From contig MU271202.1 of NCBI GenBank assembly GCA_021432655.1, forward strand, positions 151,127-171,126: DNA of 20,000 nt, read 5' to 3'. Below, one piece after another: positions 1 through 11,949 of this stretch (position 1 is the stretch's first letter; every line of letters begins with the position of its first letter). The stretch comes from Atractiella rhizophila. Taxonomy: Eukaryota. A program made the position numbers and the translations under genes. The notes beneath the pieces are model-generated. The model was not told where the DNA came from. It worked only from the letters and a program-made list of their open reading frames with translations, and did no database searches.

Positions 1-294
1 CTTGACGTTTTGTTTCATTATATCGAAGAATCTCCCTGCCGTTTCCTCTTCTCGCAGAGTGACTTTACACCGATGAGGATCTGGAGATAGAAATACAACA
101 AATTGAAATCGAACTTATGTACAGGAGCACGAACTCGAACCCGAAAAGCAGGCGTCTATGTGTGCACTGATCGGGTAACGTAGTGATGGATGAGATTATT
201 TTGATTGAAGAAATGATCAGCAAGAACCAATTGCTCAAGAGTAAGAGTGACAAAGAGTAACGAAGGAGAGAAAGGTAAGGACGATGCAGGGCGG

Positions 295-1455
295 TTATGA
301 GGAAAGTTCTTTTTGTCCCTGTTTCCACCTCTGAAAGATGCCCTCGACTATGCCTTCGAACTCTTCCCGATTCGTCTGGGCATAGATCGCAAAGGCGAGC
401 CCAAACGCGGCGAGGACGATGATCCACCTGAATTGATCGATTATCTCTGCGCTCCAACATCAGAACCAAGTACGATGGATGGATTGGATGAAGGAGTAGA
501 AGCAGACGGACCCCTGATCCCTACCCCTGCGCTCTCTCCCTTCTCCCACTTCTCCCACACCTTCGTCCTCCTCGCTCGATCCTCCAGGCCCCTCATCCTC
601 CACCCCCACGTCGCGCTGCCGCCCCACCAATCGACCATCTTCCTCTTCCCCGTGTGATAGACCAACAAATTAGGGACGCCGAGCACCCCGTACTTCTCTG
701 CGAGGAACACCCGGGAATAGGGACGGGTGTATTGGGCGCCGGTGGGGTCTTCGAGGGAGAGGGAGAAGTCGAGGTCGGGTTCGAAGGGGAGGAGGAAGGA
801 TTCGTTCCGGGAGAGCGGGGGGAGAGGGGTGGTGTCGGATGGGTCGCGGTCGGAGGGGAGGTTCGAACCGTCGTTCCATCTGAACGTGAAGGTGCACGCG
901 TGGTTAGGTTAGGGCAGACGGAGATGAGGAGATGAGACGTACTCCATCGCTAGCCATTCTCGGCCTAGGACGTTTGCGTGATATGTCTTCTCGTCGGTGT
1001 CCACTGACACATACACAAGCTTGAAACGGTGGGGCTGCCAACGAGCAAAGTCGAGCAGGCCCTGCAACACATCTCCATCAACCTCCCTCATAACGTAACC
1101 AAGTGGGAAGCGAGCCCACCTTGTAAGCCTCGACACTGCTTCTCGTCCAACTAGCAGCGAACAGAAACCCCACTGCCTTCACATCGCTCCCCAGCTCCTT
1201 CATAAGATCGACCTCCTCCCCCCTCCCATTCCTCAGCCTCAACCTCCTCAACAGCGGATCGGGATGTGTATACAGCCTCTGGGGCACGCCCTCCTCATCT
1301 CTCTGCGACATCGTTCTCTTCAAGCTCGACTTTCTCGGCTGCACCGCTGGTCTAGACGCTGAGCTGGGGCTCGTGGTGCTGTTGATGGCCGTGGGTGGCG
1401 CAGGCTGGAGGGGGACGGCGTTGAAGGACACTCGACGGGCGGCAGGCGGGGACAT
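295..1455 (-). CDS. Nucleoredoxin/tryparedoxin-like thioredoxin-fold protein lacking CxxC, with C-terminal transmembrane helix (4 exons, ~324 aa)
   Basis: Exons 1455-1120, 1061-943, 879-512 and 446-295, joined by GT-AG introns of 58, 63 and 65 nt, give one 975-nt frame ending TAA. Motifs VKAVGFLFAASW, FKLVYVSVDTDE...WLAMEW and LAEKYGVLGVPNLLVY resemble the nucleoredoxin pattern (VGLYFSASW, FEIVFVSSD, PWLA, FKVSGIPTL). Last exon encodes hydrophobic WIIVLAAFGLAFAIYA. Confidence 0.8.
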
Positions 1456-1985
1456 AAAAGGAAGAGGTGGAAGCGAGTGCGCGTCGTTGGCTGGCTTCCC
1501 GAGGCCGGGAGAACTTTGGTGTCGCGTGAGTGCCGCTGGGAGGCGCAAGACTTCGTAAGAAAATTAGCCGCTCTGACGTGGTGGTCGTCCCGGTGGATCG
1601 CCCGATGGTAACGCCGAGTAGGGCAAGACGATTAATATTACGTTTACGTTATGAATACACTCTTACGCGGAGCAGAGCTATAAGGCTACGGAAGGGAGAA
1701 GGGAACATGACAGTGATAGGAATAGGAACTGAGTTGACTTATGTGAGTTTCTTCAACAGGAAGCGTGAAATCGCGTTTTATGTCTTGACTTACGTCCGGG
1801 AGGAGCATTTTCGTTGAATCTCGAGTACGAATCGCCGGAGTCAGCTTCCATGCATTCAATACCCTGCTACTTGAGAATGGGGTGGCAAACTTTGAGCTTT
1901 GATATGACTATTGTACTTTGTGGTGTGATTGCGCTACTTATGTTGGACAGTCTAGCGTTTAGAATTTAATCGTCCGAAAGGATTT

Positions 1986-2602
1986 AGAGGTGTGAAAGCA
2001 AGAATGCATGTCAAGCCTGAGCGGTACCATTGTGTTTTTGACAGTCAAGCACTAAATGCGAAATCAATTTTCGCTTCGAACGCGGGCATATACCATTCTT
2101 GGTCATTCTTCACATCGTTTGCCAATTTAGACCCTGATCACATTTCGGAGAGAGAAGGGTTGTATACCAAGGGACCTATTGGTAGGCCCTTCCTTCTGTA
2201 TGAATCAGAATTCACATTCAGCAACGGAGTGATTGCGAGGGCACCAGCCACACCAACAATCTTCTTCCGCGATTGTTCGCTTATAACTGGGGATACGTCT
2301 CGTTGCTCTTCCTGCAGCTTTTCTCCAGTTATTTCTTGGGTATCGGTTCGCTTGTCGCACTGTGATCATGTGGATCTGAAACATTTTAGCAAGTATCTTT
2401 ATTCTGCGAATAACAGAATAGACATGTCTTACATATTGTATGATTGGAAATCTAGGATGATGGTGCGGCAATCAGTAAGACTCAATGCTAGTTCTCCTTC
2501 CAGTTGCCTGGCGCGCTTATACGTGTCGTTAACTACTTCATATTCTCTGCCGTATGTTTGTTGTCGTGAGGGTCGACATGGCCTGATGTTTACGTCGCCC
2601 AT
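1986..2602 (-). pseudogene. Possible degenerate spliced gene relic or spliced non-coding transcript
   Basis: ATG at 2602 and three intron-like segments of typical size (2432-2376, 2253-2196, 2167-2108). The spliced frame still contains stops (TGA at 2368-2366, then TAG). No recognisable domain; 3' boundary approximate. Confidence 0.3.
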
Positions 2603-2751
2603 TTTGCTCAAGTTGGTTTAAGACAATGAGCAAGGTCAAAGGTTACAAAAGTATTTTAAAAGTGGCGCGGGCTGCACTAGTCATTCCTGAGGCAGGATGC
2701 TTTGATAAGATCTCAACATGATCATCTGTAATATGGACTCTCAAAATGCGT

Positions 2752-5280
2752 TCACAAGACAGCTCGAGGCATCTTCTTCATTGCCTATTGCCTTCCTCAG
2801 ATCACTCAAAATTCAGGATAGAGGAGAACGCACCTGTCTCACGAATAGATCGGCTAAGACCTCCTCTGACCCACCCCTTCATTTGGAGCACTGTATCAGA
2901 GTTTTATCCCCTATAACGGTGATTTTACTCACAAAACGGAATCAAATTTATACGTGCGTTGGAACTGTTCAATGTAAACACCCATTCCCTTCAGAGGAGT
3001 CAATTTTAAGCACATGAAATGTAGGTAGACGGGACACTTACCGTGGCTGTGATTCCACGACCACCGAAAACTGCGGGTGTTGTTAATATTATCCAAATGG
3101 ACAATGGTTAGACCCTTACTTTGAACTGCTTCGTCGGCAATTTCTCCTCCTGCCCGACTCAGAAAATGCTTCAATCCAGCCATTGGGCCGGCCAGAAACT
3201 CAGACTGTTGTGCGTAGTTCATGTTACACATTTGGTCTACGGCCCCTAAAGTTAGCCCTATCAAAAGCACGAAAAGGGACGACATGCGCGTGATGGTTTC
3301 AAGCCATGACTGTCCAGCTTCAACTTTGGCAAACATGTGCGCAAACCTGTTAAGAAGAGTTTAGTGCCACCAAAATTTAGAGCATGGCGCACTTTTGACG
3401 AATGGCAGGCTGATCGATCAACCTTTTGCCAAACACTTTCCGCAGGTGAGCCCACTTAAAGCACTCCTCGACAATCAACCTCGAATAACGTGCGATCCCT
3501 GTATCGGCACCTTTTAGGCTATAGGCTCTTCGTAGTCAAACGCCATTTACGTACGACAGCATATCATCCATCGCTCGTGTACAAAATTTGAGAGAATGAC
3601 CTATTCTGCGTGTGTCAATTTTGCATAAGGAAAGTATTTGACACACCTTCAGGCCATTGTTCTCTCCTCCTAAGCAGTATTCAACTGGTACTTTAACTCC
3701 CTGATGCAAATGCAATTAAAACAACGACGAAAGCAAGTGATGGATTACCTCGAACTTCACGAATGCGGTACCAGCGGCTAGAGAGTATGATGTTCGGATT
3801 GGCGTTGTTTCCACTTAACCCTGTGTGAGATGCTTGAGGAGCAGCAGGAGGAAAGGAGTACCTTCTTCTGTACGAGGGATGAGAATCATGGATAGTGCAT
3901 CCTCTGACGTTCGGCATCCAGTCATGAACCAATCGCTCTGACAGATCGTTCGGCAACAGTATTGGATCAAAATAGGTAGAAACAAAGCTCACAAATAATC
4001 CGTTTGTAACTGCATATTAATGGGTCATCAGAACACTCTTCCTTTAGAGAGGCAAGGCATACTCCATTTCTTCGAGCCTATGCCTTGGTTAACTGTGGTA
4101 CAAGGAAAGGTAAAGCATTTTGCATACCAGTAACAATATAATGTTTTCCATCCGGTGTCTTTCTCGCCCACGTCTTCATTCCTGCACAGGTGTTATGACC
4201 GCATCTGCTGACGAAGGAAGAAGCAAAGCGTCGTACCGCGTACATCCGAACCTGCCATCGCCTCTGATATAGCTAGAGAGATGAATTTTTCTCCTTTCAG
4301 TATGTCTGGCAGGACCTTTGCCTTGAGCTCTGGTGATCCAAAATTGAGCACGGGAGGCTATGCCACTTGGGGTCAGTATACTGCAGAACGAAGCACAGAA
4401 CAACTACCAATCCTATGACCATCCCTGCATTCAGGCCAGCCATGTATCCTGGCGCCCCAATGCGCACCAGTTCCTGAACAACTACCTGTTATCCAGAGGA
4501 TGTCAGATCACGTCCAAGGAAAGTTGCGACTTGCCAGCTCATGGAAGTAATTAAACTCCTCCCCCTTCACCCCTCCAGGCAAAACCTTGCCATGAAGGTG
4601 TCGGCCAGGTCCCATGCGCATAGCGTGCAATTCCCACCTGCAAAACGGGTTTACCCATTCTCAGCATCCAGTCGAAGAGAAGCTTACTCTGGGCTTCCCA
4701 TCAACTTCATCAATTCAGGAGTCGGTCTTTCCGCGCTCTTTTCATGATCGAGCGCTTCTTCCTTAACATAGGTATCAAAGAAGTATCGCACCCTCTCTTG
4801 CAACCTGTAATGGGAGTTGTTAAAGTACGGAGACTTGTATCCTTTCGTCAACCAGAGTGGCTCTGCGAAAGGAACGAGAGAGAGTTCCCCAGGAGACGGG
4901 AGGACATAAGTCTTCGGTTTCGCGTTCTCGTTTGAAGAAACGAGACGACCTATCCGATACCGCTTATACCGGTCTAGGATGGACGAGCGGTGGAGGCCAA
5001 AGAAGACTTCGGTGGAATCACGCCCAGCTGTACCAATAGGATGAGCAGAGAGGGAGACACAAGAAGACGCACAAACCGATGTCCTTTGCCAGCAAGACAG
5101 CCTTTCCCCCCGGATGCATGTCTGCAAACGAAGTTAGGTCCCACACGTCGCCATTGATGATAGTCCACAGCGAGTCTTCTGAGGCGTGCTTTTTGTCATG
5201 ATCAGCCTCAGGCTTATTCCAAGAAGCGAGTATACCTTCGCAACTTCCTCAATTGAGATCTCTTTCGCCGGCGAGGCCAT
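2752..5280 (-). CDS. Cytochrome b5 domain-acyl-CoA dehydrogenase fusion protein (20 exons)
   Basis: N-terminal b5 domain (EISIEEVAKH, LWTIINGDVWDLTSFADMHPGG, FFGLH). ACAD motifs LAISEAMAGSDV, YIVTGSKKWITNG, FVHERW, RKVFGKRLIDQP, AVQIFGGRG and LGGSEEVLADL. Ends AMKKMPRAVL-TGA (2754-2752). All 19 introns restore an uninterrupted frame. Confidence 0.93.
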
Positions 5281-5373
5281 GGGTCACGTTAGATTCTGTT
5301 GTTTGTAGAGCCGTGCGTGAGTTGTCTATACACGAGAATCGGGAATGTTGAAGCGGCTTGAACTTTGCTGTTG

Positions 5374-5380
5374 ATTTATA
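5374..5380 (-). promoter_or_regulatory. Candidate TATA box of the acyl-CoA dehydrogenase gene
   Basis: TATAAAT on the minus strand ~95 nt upstream of the ATG at 5280. Confidence 0.45.
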
Positions 5381-6231
5381 GGCTGCTCCTGTTATTGCTA
5401 CGGTCATCAATTTTCTCACTTTCAGAGAATGTGTTTACTATGCAGAGGTTCGACCCTTCCCCCTGTAAATAAGCAGACCGCCCCTTTAGCACCTTGTGCT
5501 AGAAACTTATCAAAACGCTAATCAAAAGCAGCAATTGATAGCAGCGCTATGAGGTATTTAGGACAGGGGAAGCTACCCAACTTTAGCCGGAAGAGTAGCC
5601 GGATGTGGAGAAGGTCAATTCTACTTCGTTCAAGGCAGATCCTTTCATTGTAAAACTACACGAGAGGCTTACTTTATGTTGCTCAGAATCATGACATCCG
5701 CCAATTTGAGATGTTATGCCTAGTCGCTTTGCAAATGAGAACAAACGACATAACTTGAGCAGTGAGTACTGAAATGGGTGGTTGTAGTGCACAAGGGATA
5801 ATTGCTTCGTGTACTCTCCCACGCATATGAAGCCCGGCAAGCATCAGCTAAGCTAGCGTGAAGCTCTGCTTTGCAGGCAGCTCAAGAGCTTACAGACAGG
5901 AAGTGGCTTCAAGGAAATCAGAACACTAACCTACTTTTCTCTTTTCCCAATTTGAATTGCTTGATCCTAGCTGTTTTTTAGCTGTTTTCTGACTTCTAAC
6001 TAGGCGAATGGTGAGGGCGAAGGTGCTTAATTTGAGCGTTCAACTGACGACAGCACTGGGTAGTACGTTGTAAGTTTAAGATGACGGGGAGCAGGGAAGG
6101 GAAGAACTTTAGTCACCGAGACCAAATCATTGATTGCAGAATTTACTTCTCGATAAAAATTTGCACATGAAGCCAGTAGCCATTTCTTGCCTCCTTTCAC
6201 TTGTCGCGCTTGTCTCAACATTATTTCACCA

Positions 6232-7331
6232 TCACTCCAGAGTAAGAGGAGATTCCTCCCATTCGTGCTGGCCGACCTTGTCTCTTCTTAACTGCTTGTA
6301 AAAGCCTTCAAAAGTTTCGCGATTCAACCTCTTCTCCACCACTTTCGGCATCTTCGTGGAAAAACCAACCCGATCCGCGATGTCCTCGCAGAACTTCCAA
6401 GCTGCCTGTTCGCCCATACTCTCATCGGGACACATCAAGAGAAGAAAGAGGAAAGAAATCGAACCTCAAATTGGTAAATGTTAAGAGACTTCTTGTCCGC
6501 TCTCGCTACGACCACATTCCCGATATTCCCCTTCCAAATTTTAGGAGCATCACCCGTCTCCTTCTCGATCGTCAGCCACCTGATTGGTTTATTCCGTAAT
6601 CCTTGATCATTCTCGTCACCTACTTTGACAGCTTCCTCCCTTCTTATGACGAGAGGAAAGCCGATAGCCACAGAGAGAGGCAACGGGTCATTGTTAAAGA
6701 TGGAATCTTGACTCGACACACTCATTGATTGCCAGTCCTCTCCGGCCTTGTTCCATTCAGGGAGTATTCGTTTCGAATCGCAGAAGGAACGAATACAGGT
6801 GACATTGTAGGAAGACGAGTCGGAGGCAAATGTTCGAGAGAGAAAACCCGGCGCCATGTGCCTTCAGAGTTAATCATCATCAAAAACGATGCTGCTGAGA
6901 AATAAAGTACATACTTCGAGGAATCGGAACCTGCATTACCTGTTGCAGGACTAATGGTATCGTTCGTTGAGGCAGTCGCTGTAGGAGCTGGAGCAGGAGC
7001 TGCAGGCTTGCATTCCGCTTTATGTGTGGGCCAGGCCTTTGTTTGTCAACGTTCAAACGACACACAAAGTCATTTCTCTGTTCTGGTAGACGGATTCGAA
7101 GGATAAGCCTACAGTTTTCTGATGCTCACCAGAGCAGTCTATATCCCGCCAGATAAGAAACCGTACGTTTGTTTAGGAGAATACACACTTACAGAAGGCT
7201 GTCTTACAGCGAGAGCACCTCAACGACCCTGTGCGATCACAAGAAGGGAGGTTGCACTGTCCTGAGCCCAGACTTATTGATCAGATGGAGTTCCTTATCA
7301 GAACAAAGTCGATATACCCACCTGAGGACAT
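6232..7331 (-). CDS. MYND-type zinc finger protein with an uncharacterised C-terminal domain (6 exons)
   Basis: Spliced N-terminus MSSGQCNLPSCDRTGSLRCSRCKTAFYCSGEHQKTAWPTHKAEC is a zf-MYND pattern. It is followed by an Ala/Pro linker and the exons in ORFs 6435-6857 and 6232-6438 (AIGFPLVIRR, APKIWKGNIGNVVVARADKKSL, AAWKFC). Stop TGA at 6234-6232. Confidence 0.88.
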
Positions 7332-7415
7332 ATCAACTTATGCAGTTGGCGTTAGAATGATAGGACGCAGAGAAAGACGTTGGACGTTCGTTCTTCGCAG
7401 TTTCGAGAAGATCAG

Positions 7416-7423
7416 TGAGTCAT
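7416..7423 (-). promoter_or_regulatory. Gcn4/CpcA/AP-1-type bZIP consensus site upstream of the MYND gene
   Basis: ATGACTCA on the minus strand (TGAGTCAT on plus), ~85 nt upstream of the ATG at 7331. Confidence 0.35.
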
Positions 7424-7638
7424 CATCATAGTACGTCGCATTTCTTCCTTAGAAACATCAGATGATCCAAGCTCTGTGTTTTGTGTTTGTTTGAAAAGTA
7501 GCTTGAAGATAGATCTATCAAAAACAATAATCATTGGAATCTCAGTTGAATTGCTGATGGTTTGTTAGTGTTTTGGTTATTGGTACAAACAGATCCTCTT
7601 CGATCCCTTCCCGTCTTCATGTGTTTAAGTTGTATATC

Positions 7639-9778
7639 TCACTCTTCAGGGTCCGGGGTCGGGCTACAAGGCAGGTAAATAGTCTGCGATAAAGAATTAT
7701 GAGCGACGGCCGTCCTATAACGGTCAAATGGGATACAGTACCTTGATTTCAGTGTAGTGATCGAGTGCCATTGTTCCGTTTTCTCTTCCGATTCCGCTCT
7801 GCTTCACGCCGCCGAAGGGAACGTCCACTCCGACAATATTGGCTACGTTGACTCCCACTTGTCCAGTTTCAAGTGCCTGTGCCACCCTTAAAGCGCGGGA
7901 GATGTCCTACGTCTAGGTATCAGTCAATTACTAACGACTTAGAGAAAGTTTGGGACCCTCGTGTAAACCGAGCTGGAAAGGCCGTATTCAGTATCGTTCG
8001 CTCTTTTGAGAACCTCTGCTTCGGTCTTAAAGGTGTGAATGATACTGACGGGCCCAAATATTTCTTCCGAGTTGATGGTCGCGCTGTCTGACACTCCAAC
8101 TGTCTCGATAAGAGGTTCTTGAGTACCTCTTGAGTGAAAGCTTAAAAGAGGGACTGACGGAAGACAGTTGGTTCGATGAAGTAGCCTTTCCCTTCCTTTC
8201 TATTCCCGCCACAAGCCAATTTACCTTCTCCTCTGCCCACTTCGATATACTTCATAACCCTATCAAACTGGAGTTTGTCAACTAGAGGTCCCTGTGTCGT
8301 GTTAGAATCCAAAGGATCTCCATGCTTCACTAAGGACTTGTAATGATCCACATATAGCTTCGTGAACTCTTGAGAAACACTCTCGTGAACATAGACCCTA
8401 TCAGTTTAATCTTTAATGTCGTAACACATGGATGTCCAGAAATACCTAGTATTCGCTGAGCATATTTGTCCCGAATTTCGTGCCATAGAGCCGGCACATG
8501 CTTTGGCTGCAAGAGTAAGGTCTGCATCTTTGAACACAATGGAGGGTCCTAGATAGATAGCACGTTAATATGCTCTGGTCCTGGTCATCGGAAGTAAATC
8601 TGACCTTTTCCACCTAATTCCAACGTCACCCTTTTCATGTTTGACCGCGCGCTCATTTCTTGGATCAATCTGTTGACCATTTGGCAACAGCAAGAAGTCA
8701 ACAAAGTAGATGGCTGACCTCCCAGTGCGAGCAGAACCCGTAAAAGAAATCTTTCTAATTTTCATGTGTTCCGCGATTGCTTTACCAGCTACAGGTCCAA
8801 ATCCAGAAATGATCTAAAGAAGGCATTAGTTTCTCAACCTAGCACACGATGCGAGTTCTGCAGACATTAACGACTCCTTTGGGAATGCCAGCTTCGTTAC
8901 ATAGCCTCCCAAGTTCCAGACAAGCGAGTGGACTTTTTTCGCTGCTCTTGATCACTGTGCACTTGATGAGTATCAAATTCCTCCAAACCGATCGGACGCA
9001 CCAATTGTGTTCCCAGCACCCAAAGCTGGACCGAGCTGAGACGACATTGAGAATTTGGGTCGATTGTCCTAGCTGGCTCCAACGCACCTTCCATACTGCC
9101 AGGAGGAGAGATACATTCCTAATGTTGATGTCAGAAAATTACCTTCAAAACAGTAGGACACTAACCAGGGGATGATAGCGGCGGTAACCCCAAAAGGTTG
9201 CCGAATGGTTAATTCAACGAAGCCCTCCATCCCTTCATGGGAGGATTGCCCGAGATGGACCATAGTCAACGCTGCAAAGTGCTGCAAACAGGCGTACACT
9301 CTCTATTCATAGAGTCAATTGTTGTTAACCTTCGTGAGGAAAAGCTCACTGTCATTTGTAGCCTAAAATATGAAATAGGAACACCCATGCTCTTGCTCTC
9401 CAGCTCTCCCAGCTTGTCAGTGTCCCTCTTCATGAGCTCTGCTAATTGCCTCAAACATCGCGCTCTTTCCATTGGCGGAGTCTAACAGCTCGATAACGGA
9501 TCTGTGAAGAAATGATTTCGGTTTCTACGTACCTTGCTCCAAGAAGGAAACGCAGCTTCAGCGGCGTCGACAGCTGCATTCACATCTTCGAGTTGTGCCT
9601 CCTGCACGTCTGCCAGCTTTTCTTCGGTCGCTGGGTTGAAGATGGTAAACGTTTTCCCTGATTTTGATGGGACATATTGGCCGTTAACTGTTACAAGGAT
9701 GTTAATGCTGTAACTGGGCATCCTACATCCCATAAAAGACGCACTGAAATGATTAACCTCGATCGTAGGTTTCGACAT
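7639..9778 (-). CDS. NAD(P)+-dependent aldehyde dehydrogenase (14 exons)
   Basis: Motifs [52 protein letters not shown] (catalytic Glu), NSGQIC (catalytic Cys), [15 protein letters not shown] and [13 protein letters not shown]. Stop TGA at 7641-7639. Confidence 0.95.
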
Positions 9779-10195
9779 GTTGCAGCGATATTGTAAGAAT
9801 TTGGCAGGCTACAATTTGATTGATTTTATGATCTCAAAGACCGCTCAACTTGAACTTGGATAGGTATGTGGTAACCGCGCACAGGAAGAGAGAACTGGGA
9901 AGAAAGAGCAAGGTGATTGGACGGTGATGTTGATCACAAATGATGAAGTTATAAGGGTGGGGATTGCGGGAGCGGCACAAACGGCAGTAACCGAGCTCTA
10001 AGCTCTTTCTGTTTGTGAAGGTCAACGTTCAACGTTTCAATGTTCACCCACTTCGTTCGGTGCCTCTAAGGGTATAAGATCTTCAAGCAAGCCTCGTGGG
10101 TACTTAAATGACGAGCTCTAATAGTCGACGAAGGAAGCACAACAATCTTGACAGTGAAATATTGATTCGGCCCACTTTCACGTCCTTTTGTGACT

Positions 10196-11651
<1,456 letters not shown>

Positions 11652-11732
11652 TTTGTAAAGAAGAGTATCGAACCTATACGTAAGTCAGCTATAGCACGCT
11701 TTATTGGGAAAAAAACTCGCAAAGAAAAATGC

Positions 11733-11806
11733 TGAGTCGTTCAAAATTTGGCGGGTAAACCCGGCACGTGAGCGGAGCCGACGAGAGGAGTTATGAAAAC
11801 GATTGG
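11733..11806 (-). promoter_or_regulatory. LYS12 upstream region with Gcn4-like site, E-box and CCAAT box
   Basis: TGAGTC at 11733-11738 (one mismatch to TGASTCA), CACGTG at 11765-11770 and CCAAT (minus strand) at 11802-11806, all within ~155 nt of the ATG. Confidence 0.3.
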
Positions 11807-11949
11807 TTTAACGTTATCAGTTACAGGGAACTATTATCGACATTACAAAGAGGATAGCAGTGAATTACTGTTAAAGACCTATGGCTAAATGAAACAAAAC
11901 ACTTCGGCTTGCCAATGCACACATTTAACAGATGAAATATACACTTCAT

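Noticed and set aside
1..260. Possible 3' end of a plus-strand gene (e.g. VMDEIILIEEMISKNQLLKSKSDKE-stop)
   Set aside because: No consistent spliced frame could be built and no motif was recognised; needs upstream sequence.
5377..5467. tRNA-like T-arm/B-box GGTTCGACCC at 5447-5456
   Set aside because: Only a 4-bp T-stem, with no A-box/D-arm or anticodon arm; likely chance.
5454..5572. Imperfect inverted repeat (CTTCCCCCTGTAAATA / TATTTAGGACAGGGGAAG) suggesting a MITE
   Set aside because: Needs gaps to align, no target-site duplication and no second copy in the window.
5583..6221. Short ORFs 5583-5840 and 6027-6221, intron-end-like signals near 5925-6003 and a TAGCTGTTTT duplication
   Set aside because: TTG starts, no recognisable protein, no coherent gene model; treated as intergenic or UTR.
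10022..10046. Short TCAACGT(T) tandem repeat between LYS12 and ALDH
   Set aside because: Only about three degenerate 7-8 nt copies; not CRISPR-like and of no evident significance.
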